From assembly GCA_013265495.1 (NCBI GenBank), contig MU058418.1:1326917-1390916 (forward strand): a stretch of 64,000 bases of DNA, written 5' to 3'. Below are positions 37,174 through 50,714 of the stretch, one piece after another (positions within the stretch are counted from its first letter, which is position 1; each line of letters begins with the position of its first letter). Both the position numbers and the translations under genes were made by a program. The notes under the pieces are model-generated. The model made no database searches. It saw only the letters and a list, made by a program, of their open reading frames with translations, and had not been told where the DNA came from. This DNA comes from Vicugna vicugna (Eukaryota).

Positions 37174-40100
37174 CCTGAATCCTGACGGGAGCCCTGGCCA
37201 TTTCACAACTTGCGAGGGGAGACAATTGGAAGCAGGAGATCTTGAGCTGCCTTAAGTCAGGCCACTCAGTGCCTGCCAGGTAGGCAGTGCCTAGTGGCAG
37301 GGCATGCTAGGAGGGCTTCTCCTGAATTTGGCTTCAGGCTCATGCAGTCAAATGTATATGACCTTAGGGATGGTCATGGGCCTGATGCCACTGAGGAGTA
37401 AACTGCAAGTTCTGTCTGGAGAGTCGGGAAGAAGGAAGCAAAGGCGTCTGGCGCTTTGAGGAGTGGTTAGGGCCGCTCTCCTTAATTTCCTTCTGGGGAC
37501 CAGGAGAGCCGGGGAGAGTGGAAACTTTCTGCCTTGAGGTTTGCCCTGTACCTGAGAGTGCACTTGAATCAGCTAAGAGAAGGTGGAGGAAGGAAGGAAG
37601 ATGGATCTTGTCCAGTACAATTTCTGCTTGGGATCAAATCAGAGGAAGGAGTCCTGTTTCTTGGAGAGTTATGAGGATATGGTTGAGTTGAGATTATTTT
37701 CCCCACTAATGTATATATTTTTTGGTGTTTTTGGTTTTTCAGCATCTCTCTCTCCTTCCCCTTCCCAGTATTTCCCCTGTGCCCCCTTTTCCCCACAACC
37801 ACACAGACACTGAGGGGAGCCTTTCTGCTCCTCTGGGGAAGGAGCCAGCATGTGTGGAAGCAGCAGGCATTCTCCCTGAACCCTTGCCTCCCCAGTGCTG
37901 TGAGAATCTTACTCATCCAGTTTCTGCAGATCCCATGTGGGTCCATTTGCCTGACTCGTTTGCTCTGAGCAGAGGTGGCAGCAGCAGACGTAGATGAAGT
38001 GACTCATTTTGCGTGATGTCTGTGAGAGAGACAGGGCCTCCTGTGCACCATGTCTCAGGCACTTTCTCTCAGAAACATGCTTCTTTGGAGTCCTGGAATC
38101 ATGCATAAGAGGGCCTTTTATTAAGGCAAAAAAAATTGTAAGCGTTCTCCTTCCTGAGCTGCAGCAGAGACATCAGGAGGGCCAGCCGCTTCCAGGACAG
38201 GGACAACCCCAGAGGGAGGTCTGAGGCGTGCACGCCTCTGCTCTGGGGCATGGTTCCCTTTCTTGTCTTGGGCACATCACAGGACTAAAGCGGGGCTCGG
38301 AAGCCTGCCAGAGTCTGCTGATGGTTTCCAGAGTCTGGTTTGGGGAGGATTCTGTGTGCTCCAGGGCTGGCCCTCAGGAGGGGTCAGGGCGGACTCCCTG
38401 AGCCCTAGATGCCTCTGGAGTCTTCCCTGATGAGCTTGTAAGCTGGCTTCCTTTTGTGGTTTCTGGGTCATCGGTGAGTGTGGGTAGGAGTTGTAGGATA
38501 TCTTGTGGGTGAGTAGGAGATACTTGTGGCGAGTAGGTTTTCGTGAACCCACCTGCACATGCAAATCTTTCCTTTATGTCTCTCCTCAGTTTGGGTGGAG
38601 ACATTTGCCACCTCCAGGTTCCTCCCTAAGGACAACTCAGTGCTGTCCCAGGTTCAGAACTGAGGGCTCCCCCCGATTGTGGTCGCTGGGCCTGGCCTTC
38701 AGTTATGGAAAGGCTTGTGTCTCCCCTGGGCAGGCCTTGTGAGACTTCTTGCTCTCGGGTATTTGCTTTTTTGATGTTGTTGGGTATAAGAAACCACACG
38801 GCCTTTTTCCAGGAAGGCAAAGGAATATACCTCTGCCAATCTTCTGACCTTGGTAGAAAACACAGTTGTAACAAATCAAGTATATATGCCAGTTTGTGCC
38901 AGTTCATTAAGGAGTAAAAGGTTATCAGCTAATAAAATTCAGGTCTTTGGCTGTGGGTTCATACACTGGTCTTAACAAGAAAAGTCTTCCTCTGTTCATG
39001 ATACTAACCATTCTTGATGTTTCCTTCTTTGGGAACAGTTGATGCAAGAGTTTCCTCCTTTCATCCAAAAAAAAAAAAAGGCAACAACCTACAAAGTTGT
39101 GTTGGTTTGTTTGTTAATTGAATTTTGAAGTAATGGAGAAATCTGTATTCCTCCGTGAAAACCAGCATCGAGTTAATGGGTAGGTAGGAGCCATCATGCC
39201 ACGAAGATTTTGACATTTGGTTTGTATACAAAAGACGAAAACATCAGAAGATTGTGTCTTGGAACAAGGAAATTTCATTCTTCCCATGAACCTGATATTT
39301 TGGGAATGTTCTGGGGAGAAGTTCTTTCTCTTGCTTAGAGACAAAGGTCCAGATCAGACTGTACCTGTGCTTCCCAGGGACTTGTGTCTGAGCTTGGAAG
39401 CCCAAGGATGATAGGATTTAGGATGTGTATCACTTTTCCTTGTTCTGAAGAGACATTTTTTAGGATAGACCAATGGTAAAAAAAAAAAAAAACTCTTAGT
39501 GTACTCTAGGAAGATGTGACTCCTTGGGTACATTTCCAAGTGCTGGGGTTAGGTTTTATAATTATATTTCAAGGTGCAAAGAGGGAAATTAGCAAGTTTA
39601 TCAGACCAGTAGGTTGCTTGCTTAATAAAAAGCAGCAAGAATGAAGCTATGGGTCAAAGATGAGTGCTCTTTTTGGAAAAGATTTGCAGTTTCAGGGTAA
39701 AATCCTGTATGTGGGCTTGGAAAGATGAATTTAAATTGCTACTTCATTTTGCCAGGAAATACTCAAAATATAAAAAGTTAAAGTTGATATTACACTTTGG
39801 TAAAGCTTTAGATGTATTTTAATCTCCTTTAAAAAACTTTTTTTCTATGCATAAAAGTGAGGGTCAAAGAATCACAAGTGTATCCCCTCAACTGAGTGAG
39901 TGTTGGTGTTTCTCATGTTTATCATATTATTTGCAGCTACTTGACATTTTTAAAGACTCCAACTAAAAACTAAGAACTCTAAAAAGTATTCACTGAGCAC
40001 ATGCTGTGTGTAGAGGATTAAATATTTTATCTGGTATTTGTTGTAATTTAAACAAGAGTATTGATAAAGCCATATATAATGAACTGGCATATACTTGTAG

Positions 40101-40564
40101 TTATGATTTTCTTAACTTTTATTTAGTTTCCTGTGGAAAGTTCAATTTCCGAATAATTCCATGCTTTTTGGTGAGCTTGCTCACTTTTAAAATAATGATT
40201 GAAGTAATAATTTTGTTAGGTCATTAGGTAAGTGGTCTCCCCTTTCGTAAAGTCATAGCAATTAATTTCTTTAGGTTTATCAGTGAAAACTGTAGTAAAG
40301 ATCCTAGGTTGCTCACAGCACCCTGGTTAAAAGTGCATTCTTGTGTCTGGTAGAAATACTTGTCTTTACTATATGAATCATTTGCACTGGCCAATAAATG
40401 TTAACATCTGAAAGGTATAATGGTAAAAGGAATTATTTCTCTAAAACTAAAGAAATCCTTCCTCTGTGAGGCTGAGGTGAGAAGAGTTCTAAGCTCTACA
40501 GTCTGACTCAGGGTCTTCTGGCAAGATCTTCACTCCCCTTCACCTTTGGTGGAACAGAGGGATG

Positions 40565-40735
40565 ATGTGACTTGGAGTCAGAAGGCTGCGACCCAGCCCC
40601 ACCCTGCTGCTACCAGCTGTGAGACCTGGAGTGAGCCACCAACTTCACCAGGACTCACTTACCTTACCTCTAAAGTAAAAATAGTATTACTATGTGCTGG
40701 GTTGTTTAAGTGAGGTTATGGAATGCTGAGATGGT
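40565..40735 (+). mobile_element. MIR fragment
   Basis: ttggagtcagaagg...ctgctgctaccagctgtgagacctggagtgagccaccaacttc...ctctaaagtaaaaatagta...gggttgtttaagtgagg. Confidence 0.6.
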
Positions 40736-41852
40736 GCCTCCACTGCACCAGTGCTTAGTGTGTTATGGTTTCTTTCCCTGCCTCTCACCTCCTTATAAGG
40801 GAGACCAGAGCATGATGACTTAGAATTGTGTCTAAATTCAGCTGGTGTGTTGCATAAGCTGAGTTATCTGCTTTTCCTTTGGGTTCTTCTTAGGTAGACA
40901 GCTGGTTACGGGGAGGTGGGGCTGGGGGTGGCAGGAGGAAGCTACACAAAGCAGGCTTTGAGGAGAGGAAGTTGTCTGAGGCTATTTCGTGTAGGTGCAC
41001 ACTTCAGTATGACTCTAGATACCCAGAAAATGTTAATTTATGTCTAGTACACTCTTTTAAATTGGCTGACGTTTTATTGTTTTGGCATTGAGAGATAAAC
41101 GTTAGTTTATGAAAATTGCACTTACGTGTAATTCCTGTATTTTCCCAGAGTACAAGATAGGTAAGCCTGGGTCGACTTGAAGTTACTGCAGTGTGATCTC
41201 CAAGGATGCTGGCTTTCTTTCCTGGGGTGTCAGAACTCACTGGTCGTGTTGCCAGCCCAGGTACCTGTAGCACCTCGTCCTCCTAGCAAGTGGTCGTTTT
41301 CTGAAATACCTGCTACTACCTTGAGGCGCAAGCCTCATTATTTTAATCCATGTTCCTAGGTTACTTAATGACTTGAGCACATGTATCAGAGATACATAGG
41401 CAGGACACTGATTATTGAAATGAAGAACTATGTAGCCAAGGAGGACAAGATAAAATTGTTTTTAAGTTACAGTGGTTCAGGGTCTCTGCCTTCTGAGATT
41501 TTTGTTGTTGTTGTTCTTCCCGGGAATCATTGATTTCATAGACTTTTTCTTTTTAACCTTTGCCATTCTGCATATTTCAGAGCGAAATGTCCTTTGAGAA
41601 TAATCTTGCTTTCTTTTATCTGGAATTTTATGTTCCCCAACTTTTTTTCCCTCCATTTTTAATGGCAGTTGGCCTGGCCAACTGGCCATGCCAGTGTCTT
41701 GATTAGGAATTGAGGTGATTCTTAAATCTACTACACGGACATAACTATCAGCCAGTTGCTGAAAATGAAGGATCCACAAAGATTTCACATAGGAGGTGGC
41801 ATGTGAACTGAGCCTTGAATGAGGACCAGAGCTTCTTACGGTGAAGAGGATG

Positions 41853-41960
41853 ATGAGCTCCATGAGGGCACAGACTCTGTGTCTCTAGTTCACTCTGTAT
41901 TTCTAGCCCCTTCCAGAGAGCCTAGTGTGTGGTGGGTGCTCCGGAAACAGTTGTCAGAGG
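41853..41960 (+). mobile_element. L2 3' terminus
   Basis: tgagctccatgagggcacagactctgtgtctctagttcactctgtatttctagcccc...cctagtgtgtggtgggtgctc. Confidence 0.75.
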
Positions 41961-42462
41961 AGTGAAAAACCCAGGCAAGGGTAGACAGTGGGGAGAAAGG
42001 GAAGAGGTCTGCCTAGAGGTGAGCAGGAGCCTGTGAGAGGCCTTGGGTGTCAGGACAGGGGCGTGTTCTTTATGCTGTCAGGCAGGGCTGGTTGGTAGAT
42101 ACCCTCTTGCATGTTGACATGCTGGTCAATGGTGGCTTCTGAGGTCACTCCTGGGTCTGACAGGAGGGAGGACTTTGAGCTCCTGTGGACGTCAGGCAGG
42201 GGATGGAGCTGATGCCTAGTTGCTGTGCATTTGCTCCCCAGTGGTTTGGAAATGGGGAGTAAAGGAATCTAACCTTTATGTTAGGTCATTTTCAGTCTGT
42301 ACCAGTCTGCCTTCATATATCCCCAGAATGAACCCAGGCTTGTCAGGGGGGCTTCGGGGGCTGCTGAGGTGGGAGTTGCTAGAGGCCTGGTCTGGGGCAC
42401 CCGTCCTAAGCAAGGCGTTCCCAGCAGTCAGATCCATCTCTGTGTTGTACTGGACTCAATTA

Positions 42463-42667
42463 CAGTTGACCCTTGAACAAGGTGGATTTGCACTTGCATG
42501 GGTCCACTTATATATGGATATTTTTCAGTAGTAAATATTGCAGTTGAATGATCTGTGACGGTTGGTTGAATCTGCAAGTTGGGAGGAACCATGGATGTGG
42601 GGGGCCAACTATAAATTACATGCAGATTAACACACACCCTCAGCTCGCATTGTTCAAGGGTCAGCTA
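42463..42667 (+). mobile_element. Tigger2-family (TcMar) MITE with TIRs and TA TSD
   Basis: Left TIR cagttgacccttgaacaa (42463) and right TIR ttgttcaagggtcagcta (ends 42667). TA flanks both sides (42461-62, 42668-69). Internal gggtccacttata and ggttggttgaatctgc motifs are present. Confidence 0.88.
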
Positions 42668-42844
42668 TATTTGCTGATGACTCTGCCTTAGCTGGTTCAC
42701 GCTACTGATTGCAAAGTGTGATGTGAAGAGTGGTGCCTATTCTCCAAGAGCTTGCAGTCTTACTGGAGAAATAACAGCAAAGGAAAAAAATAAAAAAGGG
42801 TAAAACAAAAATGGAGGTAATACATTTGTAGTCTAGTTCACTGA

Positions 42845-43055
42845 CAAGAGCACAGATGGTGGAGCTTTGAGTGCCTGGGTTTAAATTTTACTTATCAGCT
42901 GGCCTTGGGGCAAGTGACTGCCTCTTAAGTTTGCTCATCTCTCAACAGTATCACCTACCACATAGGACTGTTGTGAGGATTAAAGGAGTCCATATATGCA
43001 CATAAAGTGCCTGGAATGAAGTCCAGCACGTGATAAGTGCTGTATAATTACTTTG
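42845..43055 (+). mobile_element. MIR
   Basis: gtgcctgggtttaaat...ccttggggcaagtgact...tcacctaccacataggactgttgtgaggattaaaggag...taaagtgcctggaa...agcacgtgataagtgct. Confidence 0.8.
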
Positions 43056-43064
43056 ATAGTAGAG

Positions 43065-43190
43065 TCCCTAAGCCTCAGTTTCCTCTTTATGATAAAAACT
43101 GCACAGCCTTATGAAGGTTGAGTGAAATAATGTCCAGAAAACGTCCAGTGCAGAGTCTGGCAGAGGCGGAGTGCTCAATCAGCAGTAACC
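43065..43190 (+). mobile_element. MIR 3' half
   Basis: aagcctcagtttcctctttat...gaaggttgagtgaaataatgtccagaaaacg...cagagtctggcagaggcggagtgctcaat. Confidence 0.65.
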
Positions 43191-43994
43191 ACTCTCATTC
43201 TTTGATACTTGCTTGCCCCTTGGTTCTTACTCCACGGAGATGTGGGAAGATACTATATATTTTAGTTCTCTGTTTTTACTGTCAGTATCAAAATATGCTT
43301 TTCAGTATAAATTATTGTACTGAAATTATCATTATTGGCTGCTCCATGCCAAGAAAAATGACAAGATTGTCTCTGTGCACTCTTCTCCCCTCCTCCAAAA
43401 GTCCTGTATGAACTTGAAGTCTCTGACTTGCATATTTAAGTATTAACTAAGATAAAGCATGAGCTCAGCAGGGGCTTTCTAATGGCTAATCCACAGTAAC
43501 CCATTTTCTCAACCTTTTTCTCCCACACAAGAGAAGAACTGGCAGCGACAGGACACTTGGGTGGTCCTTCAAAGGGGTCTGGATGGGGAAGAAGAGTGGT
43601 GTTTCACCGTGGAGTTTTGTTGCCCAGTGCATGACTTCTCTGGTCCATTTGCTTCATCCAGGACATGAGGTGGGGACAGGCAGGAGGAAGGAGGCTCCAT
43701 CAAGGTTTCTAAGCAGGTTCCATGGTGTTGAAAGCATTTAAACCTACACTCTCCATCCCTTATAATTAGGAAGAGGTGGAACAGTATTCTGCCCCGGGAC
43801 AGGGTGGGGAGAACACCTCCTTCCTCCCACACTAGGCACTGGCAGGCAAAGGCAGAAGGTGGGAGAAAGCTTAGGCAGGTGAAAAGGTTTTTCTACAAGG
43901 AGTGCTGGTGGTCTTCTGATCTCTGGGGGACTTTGAACTTCTGTAGTTGGGATGGGGACTTGGAGGATCCTTTCTGCCTAAGATTGTGTAATGT

Positions 43995-44175
43995 TTTAGA
44001 GTTTGGGTTTTAGGACAGACCTGGGTCCTAGTCTTAACTCCTTGACTTACTGGCTAAGACCTTGAGCAAGTTCTGTAACCTCTCTATGCCCCCATTTCTC
44101 AGAGGTAAAACCCCAATTGAGGATTACGTTCAGGTTAAGCATATTAAGTGCTTAGCATAGTTCCTAGGAAAAAAT
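43995..44175 (+). mobile_element. MIR
   Basis: gacagacctgggtcctagtc...gacttactggctaagaccttgagcaagttctgtaacctctctatgccccatttctc...tgaggatta...taagtgcttagcatagttcct. Confidence 0.75.
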
Positions 44176-45129
44176 AAATTAAAACTTATCCTTTACTATC
44201 AGTGGTGAATTGTAGTAATCACCTACAGCAGTCATAAGTGCCAAGCAGGGAAGGTAGATCAGAGGAAGCGGGCAATATTCTCAAGGGCAAGTGATCAAAG
44301 GTGCCTTCTAGATTGTGAAGGACCCTTCTAAGGCCATCTCCAGTTCAGTTCAGTAGGAAAGGCAAGTAAGGTTGAGGATGACAGTTGTATGATTTTCTGG
44401 CACCTTCTTCCTGTGATTTCTTAAGATCTGAGCCATGATGGAAGCAAGCCTGGTAGGGGAGACACAGTAGAATCAGCAGGAAGAGGTTTGTTAGTTTGCG
44501 GTATCAGTTTGGTGCCAGTTTGGAGGGAGGTTTTCTGTTTATCTCTCCTCTTACCATCTTACCATCATGTACTTTTGATGGCATTGTGAAATCAAAGGAT
44601 GATAATGGTATAAGCAAATATTCTCTTTTCAGAAGGGATTAAGAGGAGGTAGAATATTTGTTTCATAGTAAAACCTCTCTTTCAGCAGTATTATTCTGTA
44701 ATCTTTAAAAACACTTTTTTTTCCCCTGGCAAGTGATGTAACTGCTCTTTATGTGCTTTTCTCTGACTTTCTTATGAATAAAGTAGCACTTGTCTTTATG
44801 CACCTTTGAAAAGAATTTAGATAATAAACCAGTGAAAAGAGATCTTTTAAAATCCATAAATCCCTGAGGCCTTAACGGTGAACCCATGATAAAAGGATGG
44901 GAAATACAGACCAGGAAGTTGATTTGGATACATTTGCCTGGTTATATACATTCTGCACTTCCGGCCCTGAAAGTGGAAAAGCCCACTTGAAGCTTTGGGG
45001 GCCTCCTTACTGCTTCCACGTCATCCTTGAAGAGGTTTAAAACAGTTTTTAACATGACCAGTTTTTAAACATTGTATTGGCTTAAACCCTGTGTTGGCCC
45101 TTCCTTGGAGAAGATTGTTTCCTCTGGTT

Positions 45130-45430
45130 TAGTGGTAAATGACAAGTGACTTCAGAGCTGGCTTCTGGATACAGACTGGAGAAGGGGAGAGGAGGAGCAG
45201 GTTGGAAGGGAAAGGGAGAATGAGGGCAGAATGGTGAAAATAGGGAGTAAGGAGCAAACCCAAGAGGATAGAGAAGGTACCAGGTCTGGGTGGCCAGAGG
45301 TGAGGTTGAGACACAAGGTGGAGATGGATGGATGGGGGAAAGCGAATGTGTTCGATTTGAGGGAGAGGCAGTGTCCGAGGGATGTCTTTGTGGCTGTGAG
45401 ATTTTCAAGGGAATGGGAACCTTCTGGGTG
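45130..45430 (-). mobile_element. L2 internal fragment (degenerate)
   Basis: Purine-rich antisense L2-like sequence (ggatacagactggagaagggg...gaggtgaggttgaga...gagattttcaaggg). Confidence 0.45.
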
Positions 45431-46119
45431 TTCAGGGTGACATTTAGAACCTGGTTGAACTAGGAAGCGGTGGGGCGCTTGTGTCTGATGGGATTGCCCG
45501 GACATCTGTGCTTTGGAATGGGCAGGACACGGCAGAAGGCAGCTTTGCCTATCCTGTTAGGTTAATTTTCTTGTGATCTCGTGACTCAGGTCTAGCTTGT
45601 TGGGTCAGCTAGTTCTACATTTCCACCTCCTCAGTTAGGTCAGCTCATGCATGGGTCTTGCCACTTCTCTCTCTAACTCTTGATGACTTGTTTCACTCTA
45701 AAAATAAGAAAAAGTTCTACTAGACTTTCTCAGACTCTACTATTCTTTGTTCCTGCTTTCTCTTCTTTTGCTGTCAAGGAGCTATTCTTTCTCAAGGAGT
45801 CATTACAAAAAGGCGGCTGCATTTGTTAATTGATTAGAGTGCATAAAATAATCAAGAACTCTAGGTTCCTTTATTGCTTTTCATTGGATAGAGGATTTTG
45901 TATGTGTGCGTGTGTGTGTGTGTGTTTAAAAGCACGTGTAAGTGTCCGAGCCCATTTGTTTTAGACATTTCAATAGTAGTCTTTCTAAAGTATATTTAAT
46001 TGTACTGCTTTCTTAAACTCAATCTATGAGACTTAGAAAATATTGATGTCCATGATGATAAAGTAAGTCTTCCGGTTTTAAGAGGACAGAAGAAGGCTGT
46101 GGTGGTTGGGATTATGGCT

Positions 46120-46220
46120 GCATTTACTCACATTCATTGGAGTGTGTTACGTGCTGAGCACCTGGGGATATGTTGGTGAGCAAGACAGACGCTGCTTCTG
46201 CACTGTTGAAGTTTAGTCTG
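46120..46220 (-). mobile_element. L2 3' terminus
   Basis: catttactcacattcattggagtgtgttacgtgctgagcacctggggatatgttggtgagcaagacagac...ttgaagtttagtct. Confidence 0.7.
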
Positions 46221-47234
46221 CAAATTCTGAATGCTGATGCAGGCTGGTAAGGGTGGGAAATGCCAGTTTTACTTTTCAGGCTGCCTTCAGATGAAAGGGG
46301 TATTACTTTCTTTAGGGACCTGACTTACACATGTGGTCATTTTCACCTCTGCTCTGTAAACACCTAACCCCTCGATCTGTGTGCACTTTGGGGTTTTATT
46401 TTCTTGGGAGTGAGGGGAACGAGTGTAAAGAGAAGGGCCCAGGTTAGTTTGTATGGAGACACGATAGTGCTGGCTGAGGACTTTTCTCCTCTTTACATAA
46501 TTATTCTATAATCTTTAAAAAACACATTTTTGATTTCTTACAGAAGACATTAAATAAGTGAGGAATCTACTACTTACGTGATTTTCTCAAGCTTTTTTTT
46601 ATGAATGAAGTAGAACTCTTCAAGCTCCTCTGAATGGGAATTTAGATAATAACCCCGTGAAAAGTATGGTGCTGTGTGTACAGTCACGTACCCTTTTGTG
46701 TTACCCTCTTGCCCTGCCTAAGTTTATCAACGTCTCTCTTTCAGAGCTGCTTCCTGGGGCCTGGGTGTAATTGATGTCCTTCTTAGTATCAGAAGCGTGT
46801 GAGTGGTCTCCTGAAGAAAGTGTGTAAGGCTGGGCACTGCTTATAGAATTACTATTTATTACTCATCTGACTGTATGTAAAATGTTTTTTCCTTATAAAA
46901 AATATTTAGTAGAAGTGATCAGAAAAGAAAGTTGATTTTTGTCTGTGGAGTGAACCAGCTCAGAAGTGAACTTGTCTCATTTCTGGGTGTTCTCAGGAGC
47001 AGACCCTCCCTCAGGATCTGACTGTCAGGGTGTCTCCAGCAGCTTGTTAGAGAGCTGACTTTCGCACACCTGTTCTACCATTTTCCCCTTCCCCAAAGCT
47101 TTAGGGGGGAGGATCTATGAACAGTGTGCTGGTTTAAACTACCTCACTGATAGGTATGAGAATGTAATCAGAGAGGTTTGAAAATATTTGCTTCATTTAT
47201 GCACCCAATTTTAAATTACTGCTTTTGACTTTCC

Positions 47235-47830
47235 TTAAATTTAAAAGTTACTTATGAAAAAATTCAAACATATTCTAAAGTACAGAATATATATTCAACT
47301 GTAATAAGAATTTTGTCACATTTGCTTAATCTATTCTTTTTCTTTTTTCCTTTCTAAAGAATTTTAAAGCAAATCCTAGGCCAGTTATTTTACATCTGTG
47401 TACTTCAGGGGGCCTCTTGGAAAGACACAGACGTTCTTACATAGCCACAGTGTCATTATCATGATTATATTTATTATATTTTGTTGATATCATCTATTGC
47501 CGAGTTTATAATAAAAAAAATTTGTGTGTGTTAAAAAAAAAGTGTTTTTTTTTAATAGTTGTTTTGTTAGAATTCAAACAGGGTCCACACGTGGCATTGG
47601 GTTGTTAGGTCTCTTAATCAAGAGTGTCCCCTCCCCTCCCCCTTTCTTTTTTCATGCCATTGACTTGCTGCAGAAACTGGGTCAGCTGTCATGCAGAATG
47701 TCCCGCATTCTGGATATATCAGTTTTCTTGTGTCATTATCTTGTTCCTCTATCGCTTGAATTTCCTAAAACTGGAAATCAGCTCTTGCTCTAGGGGCTAG
47801 GGGCTCAGGTTCAGCCTTCTTCGTAGTGCT
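47235..47830 (-). mobile_element. L1MC4/L1MC5-type 3' end
   Basis: aaaaattcaaacata...ttttaaagcaaatcctag...tcaaacagggtccacacgtggcattgggttgttaggtctcttaa...atgccattgacttgctgcagaaactgggtcagctgtcatgcagaatgtcccgcattctggat. Confidence 0.8.
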
Positions 47831-49120
47831 ATGTCCTTCACATTGCTTCACACCAGGGAAAACCTCCTTAATTTAATTAAAGAAAAATCTTTATTAGTGA
47901 GCCCTGAGTTTGGTTTAGACACAGGGCTAGGCACTCTGGGGACTGCAGAGATGCCCCACATTCCTTTTTGGAAGCAGAGTGTGACCAGCAGCCTGACAGA
48001 GGATAAGTAAAGTGTAGCAGGGTGCCAGGAAGCAAGAGTTAGCCAGTCAGTGAATACCCAGTGAATCAGGAGAGACTACCTAAGAAGCCTTTGAAATTTT
48101 AGCACTCTGAAAAAGTTAATACAGAAATGTAATACTTCTCACTTACAATAGCAACTGCGCACTTTTCCACTGCAGTTTTATTTCCTCTAAGTCTTTCCAA
48201 AGTAACTTTTACCTCTTCCGTAACCCACCGTGCATTGCATTATTCAAAGTATGGTAGCATTGCTGTAGGTGCCTTTTAGTGCACCTGGGACAGGACCTGC
48301 AGACATCCCTATGACTTCCCATATCCGGTCAGTGAGACACACAAAAGGCAAGTACAGTTCTTGGTAAAAGAGAAAGCTGGCACCGTATTTGAACTGGAGG
48401 ATCACCGGTGTCATCCAGCTCTGTGTCTCCACCTCCTCCTGCCCAACCCATGTAAATTTAGAGCACGGAAACAGTGCAGTGTAAAAACTTCCAATTCTAG
48501 TGAACACCTTTGTATTTCTTTCCCTTCTTTGGAGGGATATTATGGAGAGGTTTACACTTTATCAAGAATGAAGCTGGAGCTTTGAAATTGTTCATGTGGC
48601 TTTTATGAAACCATTATCTGAAACCTCTGAAAAAGTATCTGTTATCATATTCCAATCTTTTTACCTGTCTCTACCCAGTCCCAACCTCTGTAAATTTTTT
48701 TTCCCTTAAGAAAGTAGAATTTCAACTAGATATTCTTTCAACTCAGGCTTCATAAGTCAAGAATGGAAGCAAAAGAGGAAATTCCTTTATATATTCAAAT
48801 TAAAAGCTTTCAAGGAATATTTTGTTCACTGTTGTATTTCAATATTTAATGCAGTGCTTAGTAAATACTCATTGAATAAATAAAATGAGACGTTGGGGCA
48901 GTAGTGTTTACCCTTATTTAGAAATTGCAACTAAACAATGTGATCACAGTGGAAAAATCCTAGTCCACATTGGATAAGGAACTTTGGCTCTGGCACTGGG
49001 GGTATGGATAGGGAGAAGTGTGTGTGTGTGTGTTGCATTGGCAAATAGAAGCGAAAGGTTTATCTTATCTGCTAACTCATTTTTAAAAAAAGATTGTATG
49101 TTTATAGACAACATTTAAGA

Positions 49121-49139
49121 TGTGTATATATATATATAC

Positions 49140-49174
<35 letters not shown>
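49121..49174 (+). repeat. Compound (TA)n/(TACA)n microsatellite
   Basis: tgtgtatatatatatatacacatacatacatacatacatacatacatatatata seen directly. Confidence 0.95.
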
Positions 49175-49175
<1 letters not shown>

Positions 49176-49784
49176 AGCTGCTCAGTAGAATTCTGGATTT
49201 TGTCTTAAAAGCAAAGTGACATTTCTTTCTTAAAAACCAATTTCTGTTATAAATGACCAAAAATTGTAGGGACCAAGCTTTGATGCACTTACTGCATGAA
49301 GGTCAAATACTTAGGTCATTATAATTCTGCCCCCTTTTGTACAGGCAGTACAATGAGCTCTTTGATAGGGCGATACCACATTCTCAAGATGAAGAGAGGT
49401 CACGTGTTTTCAGGCATTAAGAGCATGATCTACTCTTTTTCAGTTCCCTGTTAACAAGTGGCTGTTGAGGGTAAATTTGATGGGGGAAAGCTGTGCTCAT
49501 GAATGGCTTTTCTCTACCTTTGTACTGTTTTTCACTTTTCTTTCACAGAAGTCCATTTGATTGCAGCCTCTTAAAAGGGGAAGTCTATGAGTGTCATAGA
49601 GCTGAGAACCAACTGCCCAAAGCAGTCCACAGACAGCCTTCATTCTGGCTCAGTTTCTCTGATTTTTATCACATACTTGCTAGTGAAGTTTTGATTGCCT
49701 CCAAATGTTCAAGGCTGTGGCTTCTTTGCATTTCACTGGGAACTGGTCCTTGTGCTAAGGAGGCCATGACGGGTTGTTACATGG

Positions 49785-49975
49785 GCCCTGGAGCCCATCC
49801 CACCTCAGTTGAGTAAGTGGTTCCACTTCTTAGCTGTTTGACCTTGGGAGAATTACTTAACTCCTCTGGGCACAGTTTTCTCATCTGTAAAATGGTTAAC
49901 AGTGCAACTTTGGCCATGAACAAAATTCCTGGCACAAAGAAAGCACTTGGTAAACATGAACAACTGCTGTTATGT
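49785..49975 (+). mobile_element. MIR
   Basis: ccacttcttagctgtttgaccttgggagaattacttaactcctctgggcacagttttctcatctgtaaaatgg...cctggcacaaagaaagcacttggtaaacat. Confidence 0.85.
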
Positions 49976-50251
49976 GTATGTGTAAATTTATTTAGAGATG
50001 CGGTTGAAGTGTTGAGTATGAGAAAGAGGGTGAGGATGGGGTTTCTCTCTAGGTGACAAGAGGATATCCATCTGTATTCGACTATTCAAGTGTTCAGAGA
50101 TAAGACTGAGTAGCAATGGAAAGGTTCAGGAATGACCTCCTCCCTGCCTCACAGTCACTGGGAAGGGCTCATGTTTCAATTGTTGGGTCCTAACCAAAGC
50201 TGGCATTCTTTTTTGCCCTGCTGGGTTCATTTGCTAATGATTTGAGCTCTA

Positions 50252-50586
50252 CAGTCATCCTTTGGAATCCATGCGGGGCTGGTTTCAGGACCCCCATGGA
50301 TTCTAAAATCCAGACACCAAATTCTGTGTATGCTCAGGCCCCTTATGTAAAATGACATAGTGTTTGCATATAAACTATGCACATCTTTCCATATACTTTA
50401 AATCATCTCTAGCATACTTACAATACCTAAGACAATGTAAATAGTTATAAATACAGTGTAAACACTGTAAAATAGATGCCAGTGTATGGCAGATTCAAGT
50501 TTTGCTTTTTGGAACTTTCTGGATTTTTTGATCCAAAGTTGGTTGAATCTGTTGTTGCAGAACCAACAGGTAGGGAGGGCCAGCTG
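50252..50586 (+). mobile_element. MER2B-like (TcMar-Tigger) MITE, full length, TA TSD
   Basis: ta|cagtcatcctttggaatccatgcggggctggtttcaggacccccatggat...tttgcatataaactatgcacatc...aaatcatctctag...ttcaagttttgctttttggaactttctgg...ggttgaatc...gagggccagctg|ta. Confidence 0.9.
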
Positions 50587-50714
50587 TAATTCCTAGAATG
50601 GTTGAAACTAGGTTGTGTATTTGTATTTTTTTTCTCTTCTGCCTTGGCTTCTCTTAAGAACAAAAGCCAACTCCAGTAGAAACTAGACGTTTAAAAGTTG
50701 TTCGTATATGGGAT

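Noticed and set aside
40812-40862. C/D-box snoRNA (ATGATGA ... CTGA)
   Set aside because: Only ~50 nt between boxes, no convincing terminal stem and no recognisable rRNA/snRNA guide.
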